Source: a virus
IMG/VR virus record: IMGVR_UViG_3300027977_000009
Strand: one strand, 5' to 3'
DNA length: 64,000 nucleotides
In this document: positions 39,407 to 49,997 of the stretch, in pieces
How the letters are laid out: every line of letters starts with the position of its first letter
Numbering within the stretch: the first letter of the stretch is position 1
The notes under the pieces: model-generated
Database searches by the model: none
Told to the model about the DNA's origin: nothing
The model's input: only the letters and a program-made list of their open reading frames with translations
Translations under genes and position numbers: made by a program

Positions 39407-39820
39407 TTATTTAGTTTTCTTTGGTTCCGGGCGAACAAATTCTGGAGCTTCACTTGCTGGCTTCACCACGAAGTTAAGCTTTTCTTCTGCTACTTTGAGT
39501 GCTTCGATTTCCAAATCTTCGTCTAACGTATCCTCAAACTCTAATTCTTCGGGCAGAAGTTCTACTTTGGTTTCTGTGTTGTCAGCGACCTCAGCAGGTA
39601 AGTGATCAGGCTTCACTATGCTATCTGTCTTAGTAGTGACAGTGCGGTGATACCCTTCTACAACTTTTTTGGTTACCGGAACAACAATCCTTCCCTGAGC
39701 ATCAATAGTATCTCCTCTGGCATTTACTTTCATGTTGCTTACCGCTCGAACTTGTTCATTCATATTAACAAGCCGACCCATGTCAACTGTTCTGCCTAAT
39801 GCTGTTCTATGCTTTGCCAT
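39407..39820 (-). CDS. hypothetical protein
   Basis: AGGAG SD, late promoter. Confidence 0.65.
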   Translation of the reverse strand: MAKHRTALGRTVDMGRLVNMNEQVRAVSNMKVNARGDTIDAQGRIVVPVTKKVVEGYHRTVTTKTDSIVKPDHLPAEVADNTETKVELLPEELEFEDTLDEDLEIEALKVAEEKLNFVVKPASEAPEFVRPEPKKTK

Positions 39821-39865
39821 ATTATACAACTCCTCTATATTATATTTATGTGCGAGAAACTACGA

Positions 39866-40372
39866 TTATTTTAAAAATTCGTTGACATCTAATTGATAAA
39901 ATAAAGAATTGATTTTATGAACCCCGATGAGGAAAAGCACAAAACTTGCTACGCTGGACCCGCGACCCACGCCCCATACTAAGTTATTGGCTCTCATCGT
40001 ATCTACGAGATACTTTAAGTAACGAAGAAGCATAAACATATCTCGTTCTTGATAAAGAAGCAATTCTTCGCCTGCACGTTGTAACTCTGCTTCAGTTGAA
40101 CACTGATCTAACACGAATTTAGCGATATCGAAGTTTTTATAATCATCAGGAATGAACCAATTTAATTGCTTTTCTTGATCAAAGTCAGTGATAGACTGGT
40201 CGCTCGTCAGGTACTGAATCATTTCAGGGGTGTTTTTCAAGTTTAATCTTGTATCGAAATGTATTGGTTCGGATACGAACACTCGCTTTAGCGTAATATT
40301 TGGATCAGTCATGTACATGTCGAGTAGTTCATGTTCAGAGTAAATAAATTGTCCAAATTTATCTGTAATCAT
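39866..40372 (-). CDS. DNA polymerase III alpha (DnaE)-like fragment 1
   Basis: R..EEL..Y, YL..LVD, WGVGRGSSVASFVLFLIGVHKINSL, EFL. Confidence 0.8.
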   Translation of the reverse strand: MITDKFGQFIYSEHELLDMYMTDPNITLKRVFVSEPIHFDTRLNLKNTPEMIQYLTSDQSITDFDQEKQLNWFIPDDYKNFDIAKFVLDQCSTEAELQRAGEELLLYQERDMFMLLRYLKYLVDTMRANNLVWGVGRGSSVASFVLFLIGVHKINSLFYQLDVNEFLK

Positions 40373-40408
40373 ATAGTAATAATACATGATTTACCGCAAA
40401 TTGTCAAC

Positions 40409-40957
40409 CTATTTTTTAACTCTTTCCTTCCAAATTAATCCTAGCTCTACCCAAACTTTTTTGGCAAACAGGTTTACTATTTTGTCATTCGCATCTTCAT
40501 TTTCGCCGACACTGCCGTCAGCTTGGTTCCACCAAGCCTTCTTACTAAATGCACATTCTGCCACTTCGGAAACAATATTGTATTTTACTCCATCACTCAG
40601 GGATGATCCCAAAACCATATCAGTAATTTTTATTCGGCCTTCGGTGATCGCATTTAACTTCAGAAGTAAAACCATGGCAAATATCTGGTCATGTGGATCA
40701 TCTGGAAGTTCGCATACTTTTAAATTAGCATTCTTGTACAGTTGAATAGCAGTAGTGTCCTTACAATTTACAATTACTGCATTCTGTATGACATCAGATA
40801 AGAAATATGTTATCCTATCCATAGCTATATTTTTTTCCCTAGCCGATTCGGTCTCGACTAGTATAGAAAGTACGATTTCATAGCTATTAATGTGGTACTT
40901 ATTTTCAAAATGTATCCCAGTTTGAAAATAAAAGTCTTTTTCAATTCGCGTATTCAC
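40409..40957 (-). CDS. hypothetical protein
   Basis: GTG start overlapping upstream stop. Confidence 0.65.
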   Translation of the reverse strand: MNTRIEKDFYFQTGIHFENKYHINSYEIVLSILVETESAREKNIAMDRITYFLSDVIQNAVIVNCKDTTAIQLYKNANLKVCELPDDPHDQIFAMVLLLKLNAITEGRIKITDMVLGSSLSDGVKYNIVSEVAECAFSKKAWWNQADGSVGENEDANDKIVNLFAKKVWVELGLIWKERVKK

Positions 40958-41196
40958 TGTTTATCCGACTGAATGTTGATTTTAGTATCTATCTTTTGTT
41001 TAACGAACAACTCGTCCATTTTTTTAGTGAGTTGAGTACGATAGCTTTCTAGTGCCATTTGTAATTGTTGTATAAGGGCCATGTTACCAGTTCTATGTGC
41101 AAAACTTAGTTTTGTAGTAAGTCCTGATATAGTTTCGTGAAGTTCTTCGGTTGATTTACTAGTTAAATCAGCCTGCTTAATGAATGGATGTTCCAT
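40954..41196 (-). CDS. hypothetical coiled-coil protein
   Basis: tightly packed ORF. Confidence 0.6.
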   Translation of the reverse strand: MEHPFIKQADLTSKSTEELHETISGLTTKLSFAHRTGNMALIQQLQMALESYRTQLTKKMDELFVKQKIDTKINIQSDKQ

Positions 41197-41197
41197 G

Positions 41198-42919
41198 TTA
41201 CCAAGATGTCAAGTTAATGCGTTTCCAGATATCATTGCCGCCGGTATAACAAGTTGCAACACAATTTCCGTTCGCAGTGGTCAATAGTACTTCAGGTCCA
41301 GCAATCCCATTAACTCTAGTACGGCTAACTGTAAGTTTACTATTACCCAAATCGTTAGACTTGACATAATAAACTATATTTCCTTCTAGTCCGCCGAACG
41401 TAGAGCCAGTAAAGATGATAGGTGAGTTTACTTCTAGGTAGGTTGTGTTTTCTAGTGTAATCAGATTAGTAGTTGCAGTCGTATTAGTAGTCTGCCTAGC
41501 ATACGTAGTTGAGTTATACTTGTTAGTCGCAACATATAGATATGATCCAGGATTGAGATACATATTGCCCGAAGCATTGGCGAGTACTACCATACTACCG
41601 CTTGGTGTAGCAGAGATAGTTATTGAGTTGGTATCTGCGACTTCTTTAATATAATATGTATTTCCAGGAAGAAGATTTGCTCCACCAAACGTACTACCGG
41701 TAAATGTTAATGGCATGTCTCTATAGAAACCAGCTGTATTAGCAACCGTCAATACATCGATTGCCCCGTTTATAGTCGTAGGTGTCGCCCACTGAGACGT
41801 GCTGACTCTCCATAAAGAACCCGATCCGGATCCAGCAAGATTCTGTACTACCCAAGTATTTGCAGTGACTCCAGATCCTGAAAGAATCATGCCTTCTTGC
41901 ACAACTCCGGATGTTTGCACCCCTACGTAAAGAACAGGGTTATTAGTCACAGCAGCAACATAGATTCCTGTCTTACCGTCGATTGGCCCGGAACTTACAG
42001 ACTGACTCTGATTTACTACCCATTTGGAGCCTGAACCTGATCCAGATGTGTATCCGGTGATGTATGTATTAGCTGCCGCGCCTGACAGTATCATGCCTAT
42101 ATTCACATTGCCAGTAACAAGTGTACCTATAGTAAGTTCAGTACCAACGATAGTACTTCCTGTAGTCGTAAAAACGTTTGCAGTGATAACCGTAGGGACA
42201 TTAGCAGTTTGAGTTACCCGTACTTGACTAACTGAGGCACTTACTGCAACATCCCCGTTAACATCTCCTATCAGTCCAGTGGGGGGCGGGTCACGAGTGA
42301 TGATTTGAGCAGTCTGAAACGCTCTATTTACTGGGGAAACTGTAATAGTGTTTCCGCAATCTAACGAACTGAATGTGTACTCCATGATACCAACATTAGC
42401 AGGAGCAGTAATCGTAGCGGTGCCGCTAATGTTAGCGTAATTTTCAAGTATAGTTACACCATAATTATTGTTGGACGAAACACATGCACTTGGTAATGAA
42501 ATAATAGCGGCAGTGTTAGACACTGTTAGTCTTAATACAACATTACTCTCGGTATTAGTAGGAGCCCAGCCTCCAAATTGAAACGCTACATTTCCAGTTA
42601 CTGCACCATACTGTACGTCAGCACGATTCACATCTACTAGTATCGTCCCAGAGAGTGCATTTCCCAGATTGTAAGTTGTTGCCCTGAATCCACGCGTTGA
42701 AGCATTACTGATTAACGTATTTGCCATATCGTTGTTCAAAGTAGTGTTGTTGAGTGCTGCTTTAACTACGACTTTAGACTCTAAATCAGTGAGTTCGGTT
42801 GCAGCCGTATTGATATTTGTTCTGATGGCAGCAAAATTATCACGGAATGGTTGAGAACTGTTGTTCTGACCCGGTACCGGATAGTTTACGTTGATTCCGT
42901 TTGTGTTTATTTGGCTCAT
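41198..42919 (-). CDS. virion structural protein (tail fibre/baseplate-type)
   Basis: T/N/G/V-rich; N-terminal YPVPGQNNSSQPFRDNF; repeated TGSTFGG..YY.K modules; C-terminal WKRINL. Confidence 0.7.
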   Translation of the reverse strand: MSQINTNGINVNYPVPGQNNSSQPFRDNFAAIRTNINTAATELTDLESKVVVKAALNNTTLNNDMANTLISNASTRGFRATTYNLGNALSGTILVDVNRADVQYGAVTGNVAFQFGGWAPTNTESNVVLRLTVSNTAAIISLPSACVSSNNNYGVTILENYANISGTATITAPANVGIMEYTFSSLDCGNTITVSPVNRAFQTAQIITRDPPPTGLIGDVNGDVAVSASVSQVRVTQTANVPTVITANVFTTTGSTIVGTELTIGTLVTGNVNIGMILSGAAANTYITGYTSGSGSGSKWVVNQSQSVSSGPIDGKTGIYVAAVTNNPVLYVGVQTSGVVQEGMILSGSGVTANTWVVQNLAGSGSGSLWRVSTSQWATPTTINGAIDVLTVANTAGFYRDMPLTFTGSTFGGANLLPGNTYYIKEVADTNSITISATPSGSMVVLANASGNMYLNPGSYLYVATNKYNSTTYARQTTNTTATTNLITLENTTYLEVNSPIIFTGSTFGGLEGNIVYYVKSNDLGNSKLTVSRTRVNGIAGPEVLLTTANGNCVATCYTGGNDIWKRINLTSW

Positions 42920-42942
42920 AATTCTCTATTTCCGTCTTCTAT

Positions 42943-45465
42943 TTAGTATTGGGTACTGCCCGGTAAAATTGTTTTACGTGGAAAGAGGGCGTAAAAGTCT
43001 TTCGAGTCAAGTGGGTCAGGAACAGGAGTACCACTAGGTAGACCAGTCCAAGCTGCCGGATTAAGGTTTTTATCATAATTATACGTGATACTTTTGTCAA
43101 CTGTAAATCTATCTATCCTGAAGTTAATCGTGTTAAGAGTTTTTACTTGTCCCGCTGAGTCTTTCCACTGTGTTTCGATGTTGTTCTTGATAATATCAGC
43201 ATATCCAGGTTTGGTATAAGCAATTACCCAAGCAGGAACGAATCCTGTGGTAGACCCATTTCTTTGCTGGCTGGTCATCCAAACGGGAAGTATACTAGAA
43301 TTGTAGTCTTGTCCTAAGACTTGACCGACGCGAGATCGCATGTCAGGGAGAGAATTCGGATATAGTATTCTAGCATAACCGGGCGAAAGACTAGTATAGT
43401 ATAGACTTCCGTTTGTAGCAGATACATAACTAGTAAATATATTAGTTATGCTAGTGTACCATGGCCCCAGATTTAATGGAATAAATCTTGGCCAATAAAT
43501 TTCTTCTGGTATGCTTACTCCATCTGGATTAACTAAGTTGTCAACAATCGTACTATACACGACTTCATAGATAATATTGCCATTCGCATCGCGTGCAACG
43601 GCAGTGTTTAATTCACCTAATGTAAGGTTTCTCCAATAATGATTCCTAGTTATGGCAGCAACATATTCGTCGAAGCTACTGGCATAAATGCCATATGCAT
43701 GTTCATATATGACACTAGTTGCTTTACCGAAATACGGGTCATTCGGCCGGTACAAATAATCATCAGGAATCAAAATGTTGTCTTCTAACAAGGACGCAAT
43801 GAGATATCGATCTTCTACACTAGGCGAACATTTGATGTATAACGTATCTGTTGGTTGATTGAATTCCTGAAACACTGATAGAGTAAATTCTCTCGTCGAT
43901 TTTATTACAGGATAGTCGGGAGAGAAAGCTTCAATCGTGAACGTGAAATCTGTAATAGTAGCTAAAGATAAGAGCGCAGTTGTGGGTTGATATGCCACTA
44001 CGCCTGAAATTTCGCCGTTATCTAATAATACAAGATTGGGAGGAAGTTCACCTTCTATCACTCTATATGTCAGTGACACGTCAGAGATTGCTGAAACGTT
44101 AAGCAGGCTGATTGATCCATTGTTGATTTGACCCAAATCATTCGCTGTGGTCCATATTATATCACCTGAAAGGCCATTGCTTATTTTTAGTGAGAAATTG
44201 ATGGACGGAGTAGAGATTGTTGGGTTTGTGGCTTTTCTTGCTGAAACACTGAAATAATATTCGCTGATACTATTGTCCGCAATAACAGGATTACCTGTAA
44301 GCCATCCTGTCTCAGGGTCTCCAGTTAACCATTCGGGCAAATCTGAGAAAGCGTATTCAAGTGTATTTCCATCAAAATCGTGACCCATCATTCTGAATGA
44401 GAAATAATTTTCGCTCGCTGCCTGTCCTGCATATGCAGGCGTTGTCAAGGGATAGGTAATTCCCGGAGTTACTGTACCTATAGGTGGCAACAAATAGTAT
44501 CTATAGTTCTCTTGATCTGCTGATATGTCATAAGTTGGTGGCCTGGTATTGTATAATGTAGGCACCCGTGAATTTGGTGGATAGCCTGGACCGCCAAAAC
44601 TTACCGGAGTGTTTTGATTTATTACTGTGATAGCGTAAGAAGTAGTGTCTTGTCCTAAGGGGCTTTCTAGATTTAAAGTGACCGAATATGTCTGTATAGT
44701 TGGCTGTCCTACTTCTACTCCGGGTAAGGTAACTGTCATGTTTCCGACTGAATTACTCAACGGGTATATAGGGCCGTCGACAGTAGTTGATATAGTAAAC
44801 GTAGTTTCATTTAGGATTGACTTGATGTAATACGTTTGTCCAAGAGTTACACCGCCGAATACTGAACCGCTAAATTTGATTGGTCTACCTATAGAAAAGT
44901 CAGCCGTGCTAAACCCAATAATATTATTAGAACTAATTGTAGTCGCAACAGTAACTACTGTGGGTAAAGTAACATTAAGTAAAGGAGGAGCAGCATATCC
45001 TCTGATAATTCCAGATGTGTTTATCTCTATTCCAGGTGGTAATTGTCCCTGAACTACTCTGATAGCGACTGGATTAGTTGGAACTGGATTAGTATATCCT
45101 ACTTGCAGTTCTACCCAGGTGCTATCATTTACTACTATGGGACCGATCGAATCTACAAATTGAGGACCCGATACGCCAGACACCTCCATAGAAAAGGTTC
45201 GGTCTCTAATATTTTGTAGATTGTCAGTTACTCGAACCACAAAATAATATATAGTATTGGCTGTTACTAATCCGGGCGTGCCAAAAATCAATCCGGCTTC
45301 ATTCATCGTCACCCCTAGAGGTAAATTTCCGCTAATAATAGCATATGACACAGTGGTCGCAGGTAATACTGCCTGCGCTTGCAGTTGAAATGCAGTAGCC
45401 ATCACTACATTAGAAGGATATGAACCTATACTACCTGCAATTGTGATCCAATTGGGCTGTGCCAT
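42943..45465 (-). CDS. virion structural protein with Ig-like (He_PIG-type) repeats
   Basis: repeated G.LP.G..L...G.I.G.P modules. Confidence 0.75.
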   Translation of the reverse strand: MAQPNWITIAGSIGSYPSNVVMATAFQLQAQAVLPATTVSYAIISGNLPLGVTMNEAGLIFGTPGLVTANTIYYFVVRVTDNLQNIRDRTFSMEVSGVSGPQFVDSIGPIVVNDSTWVELQVGYTNPVPTNPVAIRVVQGQLPPGIEINTSGIIRGYAAPPLLNVTLPTVVTVATTISSNNIIGFSTADFSIGRPIKFSGSVFGGVTLGQTYYIKSILNETTFTISTTVDGPIYPLSNSVGNMTVTLPGVEVGQPTIQTYSVTLNLESPLGQDTTSYAITVINQNTPVSFGGPGYPPNSRVPTLYNTRPPTYDISADQENYRYYLLPPIGTVTPGITYPLTTPAYAGQAASENYFSFRMMGHDFDGNTLEYAFSDLPEWLTGDPETGWLTGNPVIADNSISEYYFSVSARKATNPTISTPSINFSLKISNGLSGDIIWTTANDLGQINNGSISLLNVSAISDVSLTYRVIEGELPPNLVLLDNGEISGVVAYQPTTALLSLATITDFTFTIEAFSPDYPVIKSTREFTLSVFQEFNQPTDTLYIKCSPSVEDRYLIASLLEDNILIPDDYLYRPNDPYFGKATSVIYEHAYGIYASSFDEYVAAITRNHYWRNLTLGELNTAVARDANGNIIYEVVYSTIVDNLVNPDGVSIPEEIYWPRFIPLNLGPWYTSITNIFTSYVSATNGSLYYTSLSPGYARILYPNSLPDMRSRVGQVLGQDYNSSILPVWMTSQQRNGSTTGFVPAWVIAYTKPGYADIIKNNIETQWKDSAGQVKTLNTINFRIDRFTVDKSITYNYDKNLNPAAWTGLPSGTPVPDPLDSKDFYALFPRKTILPGSTQY

Positions 45466-45476
45466 ATTATTCCTTA

Positions 45477-46100
45477 TTAGCTCAACGCTGCTAAAGCGAG
45501 GGCATAATGGTGCTTTCTATCTGCAAGCCCTATCGTTCCTCCGTTGATGCGTCTAGTAAGCCCAATGAAGTCACCTTTATCAGCATAGATATTTAACTTA
45601 TTTACATTCCAGAACCAACCCGCTGACGCCACTGCACCGTGCGGTGTTTCTATATATGCAATTGCTTCATCTATCGTTTTGTTAATAGACAATGCAAATC
45701 TTGTATAATTTTGTCGTCCGGTTAACTGAATGAGGCCGCGACCACGGAACTTATATCCATCGCCCGAAGATTCAGGCCCATTGCTCATGCGATTTGCATA
45801 GACCTTATTGGCGATCTTCGCTGGTTTTTTCGCGTATGGTACTGCCGATTCTACTGTAGGGAAATATTTCTTGAAGGTTTTATTCAATCCTGCAACTGAA
45901 TAGTTTAAATTTTCTTTGGTGACATTAAAGCCACCGGATTCGTGTGCTGTCTGTGCTAAGAATGCCGCTATTCGTCGTGAATTTTCAAACAAGCCAAAAT
46001 GTTCACCAATAGTGTTTAATGGTTCGACATATTTGGCCAAGACTACTTCTTTTGTTCTCGGGCAAATGTCTTTTAATAGCGTGAGGGTTATTTTGTTCAT
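45477..46100 (-). CDS. GH19 endolysin
   Basis: AFLAQTAHESGGF..ENLNYS, GDGYKFRGRGLIQLTG, TRRINGG..GL.DR. Confidence 0.92.
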   Translation of the reverse strand: MNKITLTLLKDICPRTKEVVLAKYVEPLNTIGEHFGLFENSRRIAAFLAQTAHESGGFNVTKENLNYSVAGLNKTFKKYFPTVESAVPYAKKPAKIANKVYANRMSNGPESSGDGYKFRGRGLIQLTGRQNYTRFALSINKTIDEAIAYIETPHGAVASAGWFWNVNKLNIYADKGDFIGLTRRINGGTIGLADRKHHYALALAALS

Positions 46101-46109
46101 GTCTGTGCC

Positions 46110-46277
46110 TTATGGGTTACCTTGACCGCGACTAGCTTTAAAGCTTCGGCGCTTATGCTTATTCATAGTACTGAATTTTATTGATGATGGGTTTCCTCCA
46201 ATAGTAGTTTTACCCTTCGTTTGATTTGAAAAACTGATTTTATTTCCGCCGGATGATCCGATTTTTGTTTTAGCCAT
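46110..46277 (-). CDS. small basic protein
   Basis: MAKTKIG...KHKRRSFKASRGQGNP with AAGGA SD. Confidence 0.65.
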   Translation of the reverse strand: MAKTKIGSSGGNKISFSNQTKGKTTIGGNPSSIKFSTMNKHKRRSFKASRGQGNP

Positions 46278-46291
46278 TAGTAATTCCTTTC

Positions 46292-48997
46292 TTAGGCGTA
46301 TGTTGCACCGACTGAGTACCACCGAGTAGTAGTAGGAGCGACGAATTGTAGTGTTGCACCGGCAGTGTGAGTAAATGCCGCATTGGCTGCAAGACTATTG
46401 ATTGCTGCACCGGATGCTGGATAGACGAGCATTGCATTTGCAGTCGAGTTAGTGATGGTAAGTACCATACCAGCAACTGCCGTCGGCAAAACGATTCCAT
46501 TTGCAGTAGACGGAACACTACTGATGAGATTGAGTTCTTTACTGATTGCCGTAGCAGTACCTTGGGTAGTTCCTGCTGCTGCGATGCCTGTTCCTACTGA
46601 CCGAATAAGATAAGCAGATGCAATTACGTTTGAACCTGAAATGTTACCACTTACACCCAACGTACCGGTAATGTTAGCACCAGTTGAGGTAGCAATGATT
46701 CTTGCTCCACCGACTGCATTGATAGTGACGTTTGCGTTATTAGTAATAGCTACGTTCGAATTGCCGTTCTGCAATAATCCACTGTTGATAGTAGTGATGT
46801 TACCTGTGGTAAAGATTGCGGTAGTAGCACCGATGTTGCCGACGTTTGCGTTACCGATAACACTTAACACGCCTGCTGTTGTTAGATTGCCACCACTTAC
46901 GTTTCCTGTTGCAGCAACGACGCCTGCTGTTGTTAGATTGCCACCACTTACGTTTCCTGTTGCAGCAACGACGCCTGCTGTTGTTAGATTGCCACCACTT
47001 ACGTTACCGGTAACGGTGAGAAGATTAGTAGATTTGTTAAATGTCAACCCTGAGGTAGCGTTTGCGTTACCGGTATCATTGAATATTACCTGAGTATTTG
47101 AACCCGGAGCAGTTAGTGTACCGCTAATGTTACCTACAAATGTCGTTGCTATAATAGCACCGTTTGCTAAGTTTGCACTGATACTTGTATTAATAACTAC
47201 ACTTGAGTTGCCGTTCGCACCTGATGTGGTAAAGGTTGGGTAAACCGTAGTTGCAGTTGATGTGTTTTGTAATAATGCTGCTGCATTGGTTGCTGCTCCA
47301 GCAGTAGCTACACTTAAGTTTGCTACTTGTGTAGTTGAAGTCACTACGAATGGAGCAGTACCAGTTGCTATGTTAGAGATCAATTGTGGTGCGGTTATGT
47401 TTGCGGTAGCGAGTACTTGTGCAGTACCCAAATTACCAACGTTACTGTTACCACTTACACCCAATGTACCGGTAATGTTAGCACCAGTTGAGGTAGCAGT
47501 GATTCTTGCTCCGCCAACTGCATTGATAGTGACGTTCGCATTTGCTGTTATAGTTACGTTCGAATTGCCGTTCTGCAATAATCCGCTATTGATAGCAGTG
47601 ATGTTACCTGTGGTAAAGATTGCGGTAGTAGCACCAATGTTGCCGACGTTTGCGTTACCACTTACACCCAATGTACCAGCAACGTTTGCACCAGTGCCAG
47701 TCACAACAACAATGTTGGCATTACCTACTGCACTAATGTTAACGTTACCATTTGCTGCAGGAATACGAACACTTGAGTTGCCGTTGACTACTGAGCCAGA
47801 AGTAGCAACATTGAGGTTAGCTACCTGTGTAGTTGAAGTAACAGTTAATGGAGCAGTACCAGTTGCTATGTTAGAAATATATCTAGTAGCCGATGATACT
47901 CCCGTTGCATTTAAGTTGCCTACATTAGCGTTGCCGTTTAAAGTTAGTAATTTAGTGGAATCATTGTATGTAAAATCAGGGTCACCGTCTAGTAGATTAG
48001 TATTATTATATTGAATAGTCGAGTTAGAACCACCCGCGCCAACACTATTGCCGGCAATTGCAAATGAGACGGCCCGGCCCCCCTCTTGGTAAACAGCGGC
48101 CGATAAACTAGTGGCCGTTGATAGTACTACTACGTTTCCGGCTACTCCGTTGGCTAGCAATTCACTAGATACTGTCATCGTAGTGGTACTAGGTGTAGAT
48201 TTTACATAATACGTTATATTAGGAAGTAATCCTGTTAGATTACCGCCCGAATTAGATGTGATGTTTCCAGTAAATCTGACCGGAGCATTGACCGTCAACA
48301 ATGCTTGCACGTTTGCAGCAACCGTAATAAGATTAGTGTTTACTGTAGTAGCACTTACGGTTGTGTAGCCATATGCAGTATACGCAGATGAATTTACGGG
48401 AGTAGTCAACGAAGAATCGGTGTATAGTGAAAACGTATTAGAAGTCAACACATTGGCATAATAAGAATTACCATTTAATTGGGTCATTCCTACTGCATTA
48501 GTAATCGTAATTGCAGCGCCATCGGTGAAAAAATTGTCTTGTGTAGTGGTGACTACTGCCGGGTTAGCCTTCGTTACATTTTGAATATACGCCACAATAG
48601 TTGACTTAGGAGTCCAAGATAAATTTCCTAGACCGTCTGTTTCTAGCACATATCCAATACCGCCGCCTTCGATATTAACATTTGACACATTTCCTAGCGT
48701 GATCAGGCCACCCGCATCGCCGCCACGATTGACCCAGTTCGAGCCATCGTATACAAGAGCTTGCCCGTTTGCTAGTGTTACTGGATTTATATTTAAGTTG
48801 CCTATCGCACCTGTGATTTGACTGAAACTTATATTTGAATAAGCGGTCATCACTTCGATGTTTTCGTTGGGTGTAGTTTTACCGATAAAAAGTCTTTTGG
48901 TGTCGGTTGCCCATCCCAATTCGGCTTCGGCTAACTGCGGCAAGTCAACTTGATTACCTGATCGATGCTGTATCCTAGAGATTTGCAAGATGGCCAT
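46292..48997 (-). CDS. long tail fibre protein
   Basis: N-terminal IQHRSG..LPQL..AELGW..DT.RLFIG anchor; long G/N/A/T/V repeats. Confidence 0.8.
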   Translation of the reverse strand: MAILQISRIQHRSGNQVDLPQLAEAELGWATDTKRLFIGKTTPNENIEVMTAYSNISFSQITGAIGNLNINPVTLANGQALVYDGSNWVNRGGDAGGLITLGNVSNVNIEGGGIGYVLETDGLGNLSWTPKSTIVAYIQNVTKANPAVVTTTQDNFFTDGAAITITNAVGMTQLNGNSYYANVLTSNTFSLYTDSSLTTPVNSSAYTAYGYTTVSATTVNTNLITVAANVQALLTVNAPVRFTGNITSNSGGNLTGLLPNITYYVKSTPSTTTMTVSSELLANGVAGNVVVLSTATSLSAAVYQEGGRAVSFAIAGNSVGAGGSNSTIQYNNTNLLDGDPDFTYNDSTKLLTLNGNANVGNLNATGVSSATRYISNIATGTAPLTVTSTTQVANLNVATSGSVVNGNSSVRIPAANGNVNISAVGNANIVVVTGTGANVAGTLGVSGNANVGNIGATTAIFTTGNITAINSGLLQNGNSNVTITANANVTINAVGGARITATSTGANITGTLGVSGNSNVGNLGTAQVLATANITAPQLISNIATGTAPFVVTSTTQVANLSVATAGAATNAAALLQNTSTATTVYPTFTTSGANGNSSVVINTSISANLANGAIIATTFVGNISGTLTAPGSNTQVIFNDTGNANATSGLTFNKSTNLLTVTGNVSGGNLTTAGVVAATGNVSGGNLTTAGVVAATGNVSGGNLTTAGVLSVIGNANVGNIGATTAIFTTGNITTINSGLLQNGNSNVAITNNANVTINAVGGARIIATSTGANITGTLGVSGNISGSNVIASAYLIRSVGTGIAAAGTTQGTATAISKELNLISSVPSTANGIVLPTAVAGMVLTITNSTANAMLVYPASGAAINSLAANAAFTHTAGATLQFVAPTTTRWYSVGATYA
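46870..47004. repeat. ~2.6 exact copies of a 51-bp tandem repeat (GGNLTTAGVVAATGNVS)
   Basis: units start at 46870, 46921, 46972. Confidence 0.9.
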
Positions 48998-49230
48998 TAT
49001 AAATTATCCTCTTTATAAGACCAAAATCGCTTCCCGTCAATAGACATACCATTGGATAGTAGTTCTATACTATCGTTCTCTAGCGTATTTTTTTCAAAAT
49101 TTTCTTTGCCGTGATTGTTGACGGCATTGGGTAGAGCTTTGCCTGACCCCAAATAGGATCGGAGATTATTAGCATCTTTGCTAATAAAACACTTACCTAA
49201 TAAATTATTGGTGGTTTTGTAAACGATCAT
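48997..49230 (-). pseudogene. degenerate Seg-like GIY-YIG endonuclease remnant
   Basis: IVYKTTN..GKCFISK (YIG lost), YLGSGK, HGKENF; truncated at 77 aa. Confidence 0.7.
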
Positions 49231-49283
49231 ACGTATAACCTAATCCTTGATTACACGTATTTATCTTAGTTGAGACGAAACCC

Positions 49284-49997
49284 TTAAACGAATTTAGAAT
49301 AGTATTGTTCTAATCGCTTATACCACATATCCTGATACTTATCGTATTCGTTACCTTCGATGACGAACTCGATATACTGTGGTTTAGTCCAAGTATTGTT
49401 TACTAGTTCTGGCTTGACACACATAAAGATAACACCTTTGCGTATCTTAGTATTATACACTTCATCGTGTGCAGTTCCATATGCAGCAGTCTGAACAAAG
49501 TAGTCATCGATCCATTCTCGCTTCTTTACTTTGTTTGATTGTTTATGATCCATGATAGCTTCTGCACCAGCATGTATTCCGCACAAATCAGTAGTGCCTG
49601 CATAGACTTCGGGGAAATATAATGCAACTTCGGTGCCCCAATATTCGTTGCAGTTAACTAATCCATGTTCGATGATCTGAGTTGCCATCAGATGGCTTTG
49701 CTGACTATATGGATTGCTGCCCGGTGAACCGGGATCGTCATCTTTGATGTAGTTTTCGATCCACTTGTGCATCCTAGTACCTCGATTCGCGGCTTCAGAA
49801 GTGATCTCTGCTGCTCTCTTGTGACCTATGTTGTTACGCCAATTCTGTAGAGCTTGTTTAGATTCTTCAGATTTTGTTGCATCTAGGATCGTGGTTACGC
49901 TTGGAACTTTGTTACCGTCGGGGGTAAGATATCGACGCTTACCATCGACTTCTACCTTCTCCATCGCAGCGTATGGAAATTTGTTAATCAGTGCCAT
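49284..49997 (-). CDS. PD-(D/E)xK exonuclease (Cas4/RecB-like)
   Basis: PSVTTIL, RGTRMH, E..L, YAGTTD, IMDHK, Q.AAY. Confidence 0.85.
   Translation of the reverse strand: MALINKFPYAAMEKVEVDGKRRYLTPDGNKVPSVTTILDATKSEESKQALQNWRNNIGHKRAAEITSEAANRGTRMHKWIENYIKDDDPGSPGSNPYSQQSHLMATQIIEHGLVNCNEYWGTEVALYFPEVYAGTTDLCGIHAGAEAIMDHKQSNKVKKREWIDDYFVQTAAYGTAHDEVYNTKIRKGVIFMCVKPELVNNTWTKPQYIEFVIEGNEYDKYQDMWYKRLEQYYSKFV

Noticed and set aside
46870-47004. CRISPR-like array
   Set aside because: Contiguous coding tandem repeats without spacers
46641-48014. Long plus-strand ORFs (150 and 250 aa) and other short antisense ORFs in the track
   Set aside because: Shadows of biased or repetitive minus-strand coding; no SD or motifs
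46292-48997. Diversity-generating retroelement target (Mtd-like N-terminus, duplicated blocks)
   Set aside because: No reverse transcriptase in the window; the repeats are in-frame and internal, with no evident adenine-specific pattern
49284-49997. Cas4 as part of a CRISPR system
   Set aside because: No array or other cas genes, no Fe-S cysteine set; typical stand-alone phage exonuclease
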